From contig JAWODM010000034.1 of the NCBI GenBank assembly GCA_046483305.1, forward strand, positions 1 through 64,000: a stretch of DNA of 64,000 bases. Direction: 5' to 3'. Below are positions 8,828 through 18,973 of the stretch, piece by piece; positions within the stretch are counted from its first letter, which is position 1; each line of letters starts with the position of its first letter. Both the position numbers and the translations under genes were made by a program. This DNA comes from Candidatus Krumholzibacteriales bacterium. GTDB lineage: Bacteria; Krumholzibacteriota; Krumholzibacteriia; Krumholzibacteriales; WJIX01. Under the pieces are notes generated by a model. The model was not told where the DNA came from. It did not search any database and saw nothing but the letters and a program-made list of their open reading frames with translations.

Positions 8828-9411
8828 AATTGATAAGAGACGCCGATTTAATGGAAAAAGCGGCCGGCGGCGACAGCGGCGCCTTCCGCATTATAGTGGA
8901 GAAGTATAAACAGCCGATGTACAACTTCTTCCTGCGCTCCACCGGCTCCAGGGAAGATGCCGAGGACCTGCTGCAGAACCTGTTCATGGCCCTGTTCAGG
9001 AGCGCCCGCAGATATAAGAAAACCGCCTCTTTCAGGACATATATATACCGTATCGCCTCCAACATGCTGGTAAGTTACTACCGCAAAAGCAGGGATGTTG
9101 TATCCATCGATGAAGGCGGCGATCAGAGTGATGGTTTCAAATTCCCCGACACCTCTCCGGAGGCCAACCCGCTGAAGAGAGCGGAGCTCTCCCAGCTTGA
9201 GGAAGGGTTCGGAAAGGCGCTGGCCGGGTTGCCCGCAGAGACCGCCGCCGCGCTGGAGCTGAGGGTCAGGTCCGGATTTTCGTATAAGGAAATAGCGGAG
9301 ATCATGGACAAATCGGTCTCTGCGGTGGAGTCGATGATATTCAGGGGAAGAAGAACACTGGCTGACAGGATGAGCCATTTCCGGGAGGGCGCCGATGAAG
9401 AAAAAAGTTAA
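8824..9411 (+). CDS. ECF sigma-70 factor
   Basis: Region 2 (DAEDLLQ, FRTYIYRIA) and region 4 (SYKEIAEIM..S..AVES..FRGR). Confidence 0.92.
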   Translation: MKLIRDADLMEKAAGGDSGAFRIIVEKYKQPMYNFFLRSTGSREDAEDLLQNLFMALFRSARRYKKTASFRTYIYRIASNMLVSYYRKSRDVVSIDEGGDQSDGFKFPDTSPEANPLKRAELSQLEEGFGKALAGLPAETAAALELRVRSGFSYKEIAEIMDKSVSAVESMIFRGRRTLADRMSHFREGADEEKS

Positions 9412-9467
9412 TTTTCCCCGCAAGTTTCCGGGCACTGATGCGTTTATAAGTAATAGAAGGAGTTAAA

Positions 9468-9923
9468 GTGAACTGTGAAGATTATCAGAAAATGATTTCG
9501 AGATGGCTGGACGGAGAATTGGAAGAGGCAGAGATCGATTCACTGGACAGCCATCTGTCTGTATGCCCGCGCTGCAGAGAGGTGAAGTCGGAACTTTCCA
9601 TGGTTAACGAGCTTCACCTTTCTCTTGTGGACCAGCCGGTACCGGAAGGTATTCTTTCCGGACTGGAGCTTGAAACTGAACAGAAGGTTCATACCGGACC
9701 GTTCAGTTTCCTCAGGACCGCCGCGGTTGCGGCGGCCCTTGCGGCGGTTATCTTAGCGGGGGCGGCGGTAGGGGGATTCCTGGCGGAAAAGGGTATATCC
9801 GAGAACGAAGATGAAATCGGAGAAATCCTTAACGTGGAATACCTCGGCGCCGATCCTCCCGGCTCGACCGGCGAGGTTCTGATGGAACTGGTGCAGGGAG
9901 GGATTGAAGATGAAGAAAAATAA
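9468..9923 (+). CDS. zf-HC2 anti-sigma factor
   Basis: MNC...DGEL...HLSVCPRC zinc site followed by a TM helix. Confidence 0.88.
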   Translation: MNCEDYQKMISRWLDGELEEAEIDSLDSHLSVCPRCREVKSELSMVNELHLSLVDQPVPEGILSGLELETEQKVHTGPFSFLRTAAVAAALAAVILAGAAVGGFLAEKGISENEDEIGEILNVEYLGADPPGSTGEVLMELVQGGIEDEEK

Positions 9924-10422
9924 ACTTCTCGTTTTTCTGATAATCTCTCTGGCTTTCAACCTGGCGGTGCTGGGTGTCTTTGCCTTTCACCGGTTCAGTA
10001 ATGACGGTTCTGAGAGGCTTTCCGGGGGGGACGATCAATGCGACTCACACGTCTGCAGGCAGTTCGCCAGGAATTTCGGGCTTCCCCATGCCAGCGCGGA
10101 GCGTTTCGCGACTGAGATGGGCAGGCACAGGGAGGACGAGCAGAGGCTCAGAAGGAAGATCGGGGATGCCAGGATGGAACTGATGTCTCTTTTCCACGAG
10201 CAGAAGCCCGATTCGGTAGCTATCGAGGAGAAGGTGGAGGAGATTTCAGGCCTTCAGGGAGAGCTGGAGAAGATCATGATCAGAAGGCTCCTTCGAGTAA
10301 ATTCGGTTCTCAGCGATTCTGAGAGAGTTAGATTTAACAGGATTCTGATGCGCAGGATGTGTGGGGAGAGGCCCCATCACCCTCCGCATATTGAACGAGG
10401 AGGCAGAGATGAAGAACTATAA
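9910..10422 (+). CDS. Periplasmic heavy-metal sensor / Spy-CpxP family protein
   Basis: SLAFNLA membrane anchor, helical body, PD..AI..KV.EI, and LSDSER (LTxxQ-like). Confidence 0.75.
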   Translation: MKKNKLLVFLIISLAFNLAVLGVFAFHRFSNDGSERLSGGDDQCDSHVCRQFARNFGLPHASAERFATEMGRHREDEQRLRRKIGDARMELMSLFHEQKPDSVAIEEKVEEISGLQGELEKIMIRRLLRVNSVLSDSERVRFNRILMRRMCGERPHHPPHIERGGRDEEL

Positions 10423-10969
10423 GATAGTTCTTGTTTCGTTATTCGTATTTGTCATGCTTGCCGGTTCAGCGCAGCTGATGGCCCGCGGCGCCGAACGCCG
10501 CGGAATGGGTGAGCATGAGTGCATGCCCGCTATGGGCCAGTCAGATTGTGAACTGGACCTGACCGAAGAGCAGATGAACAAGCTGCACGCGCTCAAGCTC
10601 GATCATGAGAAGAAGATGATTGACCTCAAGGCGGAGATGAGGAAACTGGAGCTGGGGATGAAAGAAGAGATGATGAAGGACAGCCCCGGCAAGAACAGCA
10701 TGATGAAGCATGTGGATAAGATGATGGATCTGAAGGGCAGGATGAAGAAGGCCAGGGTCGAGATGATGTTCGAAGCCAGGAAGATCATGCCCGAGGATAA
10801 GTGGAAGATGTTCATAAAGCATCACATGAAACGCGGAATGCATGGAAGAGACAGAATGGGATGCCATGGCGATATGGGTATGAAAGGCCGCTCCGGATGC
10901 GGCGAGCACGGTAAGATGAATAAGATGAAGGGTGGAATGAAGAGCCACTGCGATACTGAAATGAAGTAA
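10409..10969 (+). CDS. Met-rich Spy/CpxP (LTxxQ) family periplasmic protein
   Basis: Signal peptide MKNYKIVLVSLF, motif LDLTEEQ, Met/His/Cys-rich termini. RBS GGAGG before ATG 10409. Confidence 0.8.
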   Translation: MKNYKIVLVSLFVFVMLAGSAQLMARGAERRGMGEHECMPAMGQSDCELDLTEEQMNKLHALKLDHEKKMIDLKAEMRKLELGMKEEMMKDSPGKNSMMKHVDKMMDLKGRMKKARVEMMFEARKIMPEDKWKMFIKHHMKRGMHGRDRMGCHGDMGMKGRSGCGEHGKMNKMKGGMKSHCDTEMK

Positions 10970-11021
10970 TATTTTCAGCGTAAAGCAGATCAGTGTCCGG
11001 GAATAAAAGCCCGGAAGCAAT

Positions 11022-11056
11022 AAAAAAAGGGAAGAGGCTATGCTTCTTCCCTTTTT
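11022..11056. terminator. Bidirectional intrinsic terminator
   Basis: AAAAAGGGAAGAGGC-TAT-GCTTCTTCCCTTTTT between convergent genes. Confidence 0.85.
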
Positions 11057-11078
11057 CTATTCAAGATATTGATTTCAG

Positions 11079-12230
11079 CTATTTTCCCCGTTCACTCAGG
11101 TATTGTTTCAGCCTGCCGGCCCCTTCCTTCAGATTATCCATTGAATTAGCGTAAGAGACCCGCAGGTAGCCCTCTCCCTGCTGGCCGAAGTCTATCCCCG
11201 GGGCCAGGGCCACACCGGCGTTCTCCAGTATATCAAAGGCCAGCCGGTAGGAGTCTCCGTCTATATGGGAGGCGTTCACGAAGATATAAAACGCTCCCTT
11301 CGGCTCCACCCTGCAGTGAAGCCCCATCCCGGAGAGCCGCTCCAGCATGAACCTGCGCCGGGTGTCGTATTTCTTCTTCATGTCTTCTATCTCGGGGTGG
11401 TTTCCTCTGAGGGCCTCTATGCCGCCTCTCTGAACGAATGGATTGGGAGATATGAAGAGGTTCTGCAGGCAGATATGGGTTTCCCGGGCGGCCTTTTCAG
11501 GGGTGATAGCGTAACCGAGCCGCCACCCGGTCATGGCGAATAGCTTGGAAAAACCGTTGAGAACAAATGCGTTGCCGGTATACTCCAGCGCCGAGTGGTC
11601 TTCCTCGCCGTAAACCAGGCCGTGATAGATTTCGTCGCTGATTACCGGGATGCCCATCTCGCATACCGCCCTCAGGTCCTGTTCCGGCATCACTGTGCCT
11701 ACCGGGTTGGAGGGGGAGTTTATCAGTATACCCCTGGTCCGGTTTCCCGCCGCCTCTTCAACCTGCTCCGGTTTGAGGTGGAAACCGTCTTCAGCCCTGG
11801 TCTTTATCAATCTGGGGCTGCCTCTCAGGTGCTTGATGAAGTTGGGGTAGCAGGGGTAGTACGGGTCGGATATGATGATTTCGTCGCCAGGTTCTTCTAT
11901 CAGAGTGGAAAGGACCGCCAGCAGCGCGCTGGATACCCCCATGGTAACGAATATCCGGTCCGGCTTCAGCTCAACCCCGTATTGCCGCCGGTGATAATCC
12001 GCTATCGCTTTTCTCAGTTCAAACATCCCCCGGCTGTCGGTGTAGTGGGTCTCGCCCTCTTTCAGCGATTTAACAGCCGCTTCCACGATCGCCGTCGGAG
12101 TGTCGAAATCGGGCTCTCCTATCTCCATGTGTATTATAGACTTGCCTTTTTCTTCCAGCTCAAGTGCCCGCTCCAGGACATCCATAACCAGAAAAGGGGT
12201 GATCTCTCCTGACCTGCTGCATTTATTCAT
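11079..12230 (-). CDS. PLP-dependent class I/II (aspartate-type) aminotransferase
   Basis: Motifs IGEPDF, NSPSNP.G, SDEIY and FSKLFAMTGWRLG. Confidence 0.93.
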   Translation of the reverse strand: MNKCSRSGEITPFLVMDVLERALELEEKGKSIIHMEIGEPDFDTPTAIVEAAVKSLKEGETHYTDSRGMFELRKAIADYHRRQYGVELKPDRIFVTMGVSSALLAVLSTLIEEPGDEIIISDPYYPCYPNFIKHLRGSPRLIKTRAEDGFHLKPEQVEEAAGNRTRGILINSPSNPVGTVMPEQDLRAVCEMGIPVISDEIYHGLVYGEEDHSALEYTGNAFVLNGFSKLFAMTGWRLGYAITPEKAARETHICLQNLFISPNPFVQRGGIEALRGNHPEIEDMKKKYDTRRRFMLERLSGMGLHCRVEPKGAFYIFVNASHIDGDSYRLAFDILENAGVALAPGIDFGQQGEGYLRVSYANSMDNLKEGAGRLKQYLSERGK

Positions 12231-12336
12231 ATTATTACCTTTCATCCAGACCGCGCTACCCGGTCAGGATAGCTGTAACAGAATAAAAAATCAAAGCAAA
12301 AAATCATATTGGCAGGACGGCGTTCAGCAAAGGCGC

Positions 12337-13104
12337 TCATCGCTCCTTGATGAAGGCAACGCTCCAGTGCCTTCCGGTCTTTCCCCGGTCCCTGCGGTGA
12401 GAGAAGAAGTGTTCCGGCTGGCAGGAGGTGCACAGGCCGGACCTGAAAATATTGCCGGGCGAGATCCCCTCTGATATAAGCTGCTTTTCAGCGAGGAGGG
12501 GAAGGTCAAGATAATACCTTCCATTTTCTGAATTTACAACATCTTCCGCGAATTCCGATGCTATATCACCGCTGACTTCGTAGCACTGCCCGCATATCGC
12601 CGGGCCGATAAGAGATACCGCCAGTTCAGGCGCTATGCTGAATTCATTCCTGAGTTTATCCATGGCGGGGGTAATAATGCCGGCTGCGGCTCCCTTTCTG
12701 CCCACATGCAGCGCCGCCAGCGCGTTCTCGGGGGGAGAGTATATGAATACCGGGCAGCAGTCTGCGGTGCTTACGGCCAGGGCTGTTTCGTCCCTGCCGG
12801 TAATGAAACCGTCGGTTTCCCGGTATAGCCCCCCCTTGTCAACGATTCTGATATTGGAGCCGTGAACCTGCTCTGCTTCGGCAAGATATTCCGGTTTTAT
12901 ATTAATCGACTTGAGAATCAGCCGGCGGTTTTGCCGGACGCTCTCCGCGCTGTCGCCGGTTGATATGGAAGTATTCAACGAATCGAAGGGAGGAGAGCTG
13001 ACTCCGCCGGCCCTGGAAAAGAAATAGAAATTCAGGCGGGGGGCTATTATCTCAAGCGCCGGGAATACACCGACCCTTAATCCCGATTTATCAATCCATA
13101 ACAT
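12337..13104 (-). CDS. pgeF: PgeF/YfiH (FAMIN-like) purine nucleoside phosphorylase / peptidoglycan editing factor
   Basis: Motifs RAGGVS..PFDSLN, QVHG, TADCCP, ALHVG, GPAIC..CYEV and FFSHRR. Confidence 0.9.
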   Translation of the reverse strand: MLWIDKSGLRVGVFPALEIIAPRLNFYFFSRAGGVSSPPFDSLNTSISTGDSAESVRQNRRLILKSINIKPEYLAEAEQVHGSNIRIVDKGGLYRETDGFITGRDETALAVSTADCCPVFIYSPPENALAALHVGRKGAAAGIITPAMDKLRNEFSIAPELAVSLIGPAICGQCYEVSGDIASEFAEDVVNSENGRYYLDLPLLAEKQLISEGISPGNIFRSGLCTSCQPEHFFSHRRDRGKTGRHWSVAFIKER

Positions 13105-13119
13105 TACCGCAGCTGAACC

Positions 13120-14898
13120 TTAACGTTGCCCCGAGGAGCGCTTTGATTTACTCGATGACCTCTTCGACGAACTTCTGGAGGATTTACTGCTGCTCCGGGA
13201 AGACCCCGAACTGCTTCTGCTCCTGGTCTTGCTGGCGCTCGATGACCTTTTTGAGGTGGAACGGGACCTGGTTGAAGAAGACCTGCTTCTGCTGCTGGAG
13301 GACCTGCTCCTGGTGGAGCTTTTCCTGGCAGAGGAAGAGCGCGACTTCTTCGAGGACGAAGATGACCTGGTGGAGCTTCTCTTCGCCGGGCTGGTCCTTT
13401 TGGTCCTGTTGGTCCTGACCGAACGGCTCCTGTTGTTGTTCACGGGCCTGTCGGACGAGCTGCTCTTTCTTCTCAGGTTCCTGATACTTCTGGAAGTCGA
13501 AGATCTGCTGCTTCTCGACCTGGCTGTCCCGGCGCGGGTGTTGCCCCTGTTCACAGATCTCGCTTTGCCCGTGTATACAGTTCTGGTTCTGGGGGTGTAT
13601 TTCCTCAGGCTGCTGCTTCGTATATCCCGCCTGTTCCTGACGGTTCTACTGGACAGAGCACTGGAAATACGGGAATTCCCTATTTTCTCAGCGGTCAGAG
13701 TACGGGCCCTGGTCCTGGCCAGGCGGCTCCGCTTGATGGTATCTCTGGTTTTAACCTTTTTGAGACTGGCGTGATAATCCAGCCGGGACCTTCTGAATGA
13801 CCTGCCGGAGTAAACAGACCTGCTCCTGCCGTGATACCAGTCCGGGTGGTAGGTGTAGTAATATCCGGTGTGAGGATAACGCCAGAACATGAAGGGATGG
13901 CGGTATCCATAGCCGTAATAATAATCCCACGGATCGTAGACCCCCCACCACATTCCTCCGATACCTATGGTCCATCCATAGTAGTAAGGGTCATAATTGT
14001 ACGAGTACCATGGATAGTAATGATCATACGGGTAATAACCCCAGAACGGGTCGTAATATCTATGCCCTCCGAATCCCAGGTTCAGGGTAAGATGGATATC
14101 GGTGTCGTCATATCCAAGAACCTCATCGTCCCAGTCGCCGGAGAGGTTGTCCCCGTAATATTCATCGTTGGAATAATATTCCTTTTCCTCGTTCTTTACG
14201 ATATTGTAAAGAGGAGGGTAGGGGTATTCCAGACTCTGGTCGTAAAAATTCCTCTCGATGGCCACATCCCCGCATCCATCATCACAGATGTAATCAGGGA
14301 AATCGACCCTTTCGTTTACGAAGAAATAGGTCTGGTCGGCAGCGGGGAGGTTATCCTCGATATCCTTGATAATTGTTTCGTCTATCCTGTTCATGGTCAG
14401 GTAGGGGTCCATATCGGTCCTGAACCTCTTTTCCCTGCTGAACCTGTTGTTCTGGCTGAGGAAGTAGAGCTCCTGGCTGTCGATATCCCTGATATCCCTG
14501 ACCGCCAGGGCGTGGATGTATTCCACCCCGGTCTTTGACCCTGTCTTTAATTCCACTCCGCTTCCCCGCTCCGGCAGAGAATAAACCGTGTATTTTTCGG
14601 CCTTTTTCAGTTTGCCGTCATGCGGATAAAGCAGATTTATATAACCTTCGCTGTCTATATTATAAATTATTACGTACGCATCTTCGGTTACCCTGTACGT
14701 AAGCCTTATGTCCTTTCCTGACCTCAATACGCTGCCCCTTCCCTCCATAAGGCGCAGAGCTACATTTATGTTGCTGACATCTCCATAACCAGGTGCGCCG
14801 GCCTTGCTGAGGTCAACGGCGAAACTGGAAGTTGAACATAGAGTTATCGCAAGAGAAACCGAAACCGCGAAAAATATTAACTTTTTCATTGTAATCAC
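13120..14898 (-). CDS. Secreted DUF4384-like domain protein with Tyr-rich and Ser/Arg-rich low-complexity C-terminus
   Basis: Signal peptide, DAYVIIYNIDSEGYINLLYP, Y/W/P-rich middle section and long S/R-rich tail. Confidence 0.7.
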   Translation of the reverse strand: MITMKKLIFFAVSVSLAITLCSTSSFAVDLSKAGAPGYGDVSNINVALRLMEGRGSVLRSGKDIRLTYRVTEDAYVIIYNIDSEGYINLLYPHDGKLKKAEKYTVYSLPERGSGVELKTGSKTGVEYIHALAVRDIRDIDSQELYFLSQNNRFSREKRFRTDMDPYLTMNRIDETIIKDIEDNLPAADQTYFFVNERVDFPDYICDDGCGDVAIERNFYDQSLEYPYPPLYNIVKNEEKEYYSNDEYYGDNLSGDWDDEVLGYDDTDIHLTLNLGFGGHRYYDPFWGYYPYDHYYPWYSYNYDPYYYGWTIGIGGMWWGVYDPWDYYYGYGYRHPFMFWRYPHTGYYYTYHPDWYHGRSRSVYSGRSFRRSRLDYHASLKKVKTRDTIKRSRLARTRARTLTAEKIGNSRISSALSSRTVRNRRDIRSSSLRKYTPRTRTVYTGKARSVNRGNTRAGTARSRSSRSSTSRSIRNLRRKSSSSDRPVNNNRSRSVRTNRTKRTSPAKRSSTRSSSSSKKSRSSSARKSSTRSRSSSSRSRSSSTRSRSTSKRSSSASKTRSRSSSGSSRSSSKSSRSSSKRSSSKSKRSSGQR

Positions 14899-15280
14899 TC
14901 CCTTGCTGGAGGATAGGAAACATGCGGCCGGCGGAATTCCGCGCAGCCCCGTACATTAGAATTATAGCTGTTTTCAGCCTGTTTTACAAGTCCATTAAAC
15001 CTCCATACATCTTATTATACGTATATTAACAAGAAAAGTTCGCGATTTCAGCCGGATTATCGGCCTTAAACCTACCCCTGAATAACTTATCATTTTCAAA
15101 TAACCGCTTTATGTATTATAGTAATTTGAACGGTTATTCTGAAACTATCCGTACCGGTGGTGAGTATTACCTTAATAAAGCCGCCCGGCGGCTTGTTCGT
15201 TAATGTCCCGGAGACACGGTTTACGGTTCAATGTTAATATTGAAGATCTACCGTCCCGGTTAATAAAAAGGAGGGTGCAA

Positions 15281-15961
15281 ATGGGGTTTGACGGGATTCC
15301 GATTTTTCTTCAGATCGCCGAGGATTTCGGTGATTTAATCTCACGCGCGGGCATTCTCGCCAAATCGGTTCTGGCTCTGCTTCTGGTTCTATCAGTGGTT
15401 TCATGGACCATAATTCTGGAGAAGGTGAGGTATTTCAAGAAGATGGCGAAGGAGGGAAACCGCTTCAGAAAGGTATTTTCCGGGGAATTCTCGCTCTCCG
15501 AACTGATTGAAAAGGCCGGGAAATTTCCCGACAGCGGGGAAGCGCACCTGGTACGTTCGGTGGGAAGCGATGTAAAAAGCGGTGAGATAAGCAATATGGA
15601 ACTGGTGGACAGGTACATGGACGCGGGGATCACTTCGATTGTATCCAGCTGGGAGTCATATCTGATATTTCTTGCCACCACCGCCTCAATATCGCCCTTT
15701 CTGGGACTTCTGGGAACCGTGTGGGGCATTATGCGTTCGTTTATAAGTATGGGAGCGGCCGGTTCGGCGGACCTGTACGTGGTCGGGCCCGGCATCGCCG
15801 AGGCTCTGATTACCACCATTTTCGGGCTGGGAGCCGCTATCCCGGCGGTTATCGGGTACAATTACATTTTGAGAATCATCCGGAGAAGAGAGGATGAACT
15901 ATACAGTTTCATGGTGAAGTTCCGGGGAAGACTGGTGGAGGGCAAATACAGGGATATATAG
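15281..15961 (+). CDS. tolQ: TolQ (MotA/TolQ/ExbB family)
   Basis: Motifs SPFLGLLGTVWGIM and PGIAEALITT.FGL..AIPA. RBS GGAGG before ATG 15281; tol-pal gene order. Confidence 0.9.
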   Translation: MGFDGIPIFLQIAEDFGDLISRAGILAKSVLALLLVLSVVSWTIILEKVRYFKKMAKEGNRFRKVFSGEFSLSELIEKAGKFPDSGEAHLVRSVGSDVKSGEISNMELVDRYMDAGITSIVSSWESYLIFLATTASISPFLGLLGTVWGIMRSFISMGAAGSADLYVVGPGIAEALITTIFGLGAAIPAVIGYNYILRIIRRREDELYSFMVKFRGRLVEGKYRDI

Positions 15962-16016
15962 ATTCTTCGCTCCCCCTCCGGCAGTGATCCGGCAGGGAGG
16001 CGAAGGGGGTATTGTC

Positions 16017-16412
16017 ATGAGAAAAAACAGGTATTCATCACTGGCTGAAATCAATATTACCAATCTGGTTGATGTAATAATGGTGCTTCTGATAGTTTTC
16101 ATGCTTACGGCGCCGTTTCTGCAGGCGGGTGTGAATCTGAACCTGCCCAAGGCTGAAGCGAAAGTTATCGAGGAGAAGCGGGGGGTGACCGTATCAGTGG
16201 ACCGGGAAGGGGCTGTATTCATAGGGAAGAGGGAGATCGAATGGAGAGAATTCGCCCGCGAACTCAAGAAGGAACTGGAAAGCAATCCCCCCAGGGTCTT
16301 TCTCAGAGCTGATACCAAAACCGAATACGGCAACGTGATGCGGGTGCTTGCGCGGATCAAGATGATCGGGATAGAGGATGTGGGCCTGATCGCCGAGCAG
16401 GAAGACAGTTAA
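16017..16412 (+). CDS. tolR: TolR (ExbD/TolR family)
   Basis: Motifs EINITNLVDVIMVLLIVFM.TAP and LRAD....YG. Confidence 0.9.
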   Translation: MRKNRYSSLAEINITNLVDVIMVLLIVFMLTAPFLQAGVNLNLPKAEAKVIEEKRGVTVSVDREGAVFIGKREIEWREFARELKKELESNPPRVFLRADTKTEYGNVMRVLARIKMIGIEDVGLIAEQEDS

Positions 16413-16429
16413 GGGCTGAACCGGGTGCG

Positions 16430-17077
16430 GTGGATATGAAGAGATCAGTAATATTATCGTTGTTATTTCACCTTGCTGTTTTCTACTGCCTTCTTACAAT
16501 GTTCGAGGTGGTGCCGGAAGTCAATCTTCCGGACAGAATCTACTCCGTTCAGATATTCTCCCCCAGAAGGCAGGAGAAGAAACCGCCCCCTGAAAAGACG
16601 GAGGTAAAGACCCCGAAGGAACCGGTTAAGGAGGAAGTCCCGGAGAAGGAACCGGAAAAGGAGCCGGAGGTAAAACCGGAAGAAAAACCGAAGAAACCCG
16701 AGCCTGAACCCGAACCGAAAGACGACAGCTCTCTGGATGTCTCGGTAAAGGAGGAACCGGAGGAGGGCACATCGATCGCGGTGGACGCCCCCAGGTTCCC
16801 CTTTTCCTACTATCTGGGAGCCATCCAGCGTAAGGTCTCCGGCAACTGGTTCGCGAAATCGGACAAACATGGCACCACGGTTTCATGTGTTGTATATTTC
16901 AGGCTGGGCAGGGATGGGCGGATATCAGGCCTGCGGGTGGAGGAGCGCTCCGGCGACCCCTTTTTCGACAGGGCCGCTCTGAGGGCGATCAGGAGCTCGG
17001 AACCTTTTCCTCCGTTGCCCAGAGCTTATACCGAACCGTCCCTGGGCATTCACTTTAAATTCGTTCAGAGGCTTTGA
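16430..17077 (+). CDS. tolA: TolA/TonB family protein
   Basis: N-terminal TM S..FH, P/E/K-rich linker, TonB_C-like domain (SG..FFD.AALRAI....PFPPLP). Confidence 0.8.
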   Translation: MDMKRSVILSLLFHLAVFYCLLTMFEVVPEVNLPDRIYSVQIFSPRRQEKKPPPEKTEVKTPKEPVKEEVPEKEPEKEPEVKPEEKPKKPEPEPEPKDDSSLDVSVKEEPEEGTSIAVDAPRFPFSYYLGAIQRKVSGNWFAKSDKHGTTVSCVVYFRLGRDGRISGLRVEERSGDPFFDRAALRAIRSSEPFPPLPRAYTEPSLGIHFKFVQRL

Positions 17078-17079
17078 TA

Positions 17080-18321
17080 ATGATTAGAAGATTATTGTTG
17101 ATTACAGCGGCAGTTCTGATTATGCCGGGGAAGATAAATTCCCAGGCCGACGTTCATCTGAAGATTGAGAGCAGCGGGAGGGGAAAGATACCGATAATAC
17201 TGGAGCCGATCGAGCGGCAGTCGGCTTCCCTGGAAAGCTCCGCCAGGTGTATAGGGACGGTTCTTCACAATGACCTGGTCTATGGCGGGATATTCGATCC
17301 GCTTTCCGTCCCCGCCGGACGGGACAGCCTGCCGGAAGGTATTACCGCGGTAGCGGTTATGAGGATGAAACTTGAAACCGAGGGCGACAGGCAGCTGCTG
17401 GCCGGCGAACTGATAGATTATACCAGCGGGGGGACCATCTTCGAGAAGAAGTACCGGTTCTCCGAAGGGTCCTGCAGGACGGTGGCCCACTATCTCAGCG
17501 ATGAAATAACCTTTTTCCTCACCGGCGAGACCGGTATCGCCACCACCAGGATACTGTTCCTCAAAAGGACCGGGGGGAAGAAGTGTGTTTATATTATCGA
17601 TTACGACGGCTACGGCGCAAGAAGGCTTACCAGCGATTCCCTGGCGGTCTCCCCGGTATGGCTGGACCGGGACCGGTTCTGTTTCACTTCCTATAAGAAC
17701 GATAACCCGGACTGCTATATGACAAATCTCAGGGACCGGACCCGCCGGATGATCTCCTACCGGAAAGGGCTGAATGTGGCCGGGAGTTATCTGCCTTCCG
17801 CGGATATGCTTCTGATGACACTGAGCATCAGCGGCAACAGCGAACTTTTTATGATCGATACCGAGGGCCGGATAGAGAGAAGGCTGACCAGGAACCGGTC
17901 GATAGACTGCTCGCCGGTATGGTCTCCCAACGGAAGGGAGATCGCTTTCGTCTCCGACAGGACTTCGGTGCCCCAGATATATATCATGGACGAATACGGG
18001 GGGAACCTCAGGCGGCTGACCACCGAAGGAAATTATAATACATCGCCCGACTGGTCGCCCCGGGGCGACCTGATAGCCTATGTCTCCAGGGAGGATGGGC
18101 TGTACAGACTGAAGGTGGTTACTCCTGACGGATTATGGCAGGATACGGTTTACCGGGACTATCTGAGTTATGAAGACCCTTCCTGGGCCCCGGACGGCAG
18201 CCACATAGCGGTTTCCGTGAAATACGGTGACGAGCCCTGGATAGTTATCGTAAATGTGGAGAGCGGGGAAAAGAGGAGGTTGACCAGGGGGGAATCTCCT
18301 GCCTGGTCGCCGGCCAGATAG
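17080..18321 (+). CDS. tolB: TolB beta-propeller protein
   Basis: PD40 repeats (SPVWSPNG, PDWSPRG, PSWAPDG), the AH..SDEI...TGE.GI..TRI segment, and gene order. Confidence 0.9.
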   Translation: MIRRLLLITAAVLIMPGKINSQADVHLKIESSGRGKIPIILEPIERQSASLESSARCIGTVLHNDLVYGGIFDPLSVPAGRDSLPEGITAVAVMRMKLETEGDRQLLAGELIDYTSGGTIFEKKYRFSEGSCRTVAHYLSDEITFFLTGETGIATTRILFLKRTGGKKCVYIIDYDGYGARRLTSDSLAVSPVWLDRDRFCFTSYKNDNPDCYMTNLRDRTRRMISYRKGLNVAGSYLPSADMLLMTLSISGNSELFMIDTEGRIERRLTRNRSIDCSPVWSPNGREIAFVSDRTSVPQIYIMDEYGGNLRRLTTEGNYNTSPDWSPRGDLIAYVSREDGLYRLKVVTPDGLWQDTVYRDYLSYEDPSWAPDGSHIAVSVKYGDEPWIVIVNVESGEKRRLTRGESPAWSPAR

Positions 18322-18450
18322 GACCTGACCGCACTGAAACAAAAAAGATAAAATAAAGTATTTGCAATATTCGCAGTTAAAGTTATTATGTTTTTAAATC
18401 CTGTTAGAACTACAGAGTAAGTGGTTTTTAGCTAAGCTGGAGGTAGGCGA

Positions 18451-18963
18451 ATGAAAAGAGTAGGTTACGCGTGGCTGATCCTTTTGTTGGTTTTTGCCTT
18501 TACCATCCCGGCCTGCGGTGGCAAGGAACCCCAGGTCGAGGAAGTGGAGCCGGTAGAGGAAGTTCCTCCACCGCCGCCGATTGAAGAGGAAGAGACGGAA
18601 GAGCCACCTGTTGAAGAGGTAACTCCGGAACCGATGGTTCTGAAAGATGTTTTCTTTGATTTCGACAAGTACAACATAAAGGATGAATACAAGGAAGTAC
18701 TTATTCATAACGCGGAAGAGCTGATGGAAAGGGATGACGTTCATATCATGATCGAGGGCCACTGCGATGAACGGGGAACCAATGAGTACAACCTGGCGCT
18801 GGGCGAAAAGCGCGCAAAAGCGGCGAGGGATTTTCTCACCGCTTACGGTGTCGACCCAGCGAAGATTTCAATAATCAGTTATGGAGAAGAGAAACCATTC
18901 GCCCTCGGGCACAATGAAGAGGCCTGGGCTAAGAACCGCCGGGCGCACTTTGTGGAGAAATAG
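18451..18963 (+). CDS. pal: Peptidoglycan-associated lipoprotein Pal
   Basis: Lipobox Cys and motifs FFDFDK, IEGHCDERGTNEYNLALGEKRA, SYGEE and NRR. Confidence 0.95.
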   Translation: MKRVGYAWLILLLVFAFTIPACGGKEPQVEEVEPVEEVPPPPPIEEEETEEPPVEEVTPEPMVLKDVFFDFDKYNIKDEYKEVLIHNAEELMERDDVHIMIEGHCDERGTNEYNLALGEKRAKAARDFLTAYGVDPAKISIISYGEEKPFALGHNEEAWAKNRRAHFVEK

Positions 18964-18973
18964 CTGATAAGAG

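Noticed and set aside
13229..13774. Leu-rich 181-aa plus-strand ORF
   Set aside because: Antisense shadow of the Ser/Arg low-complexity tail.
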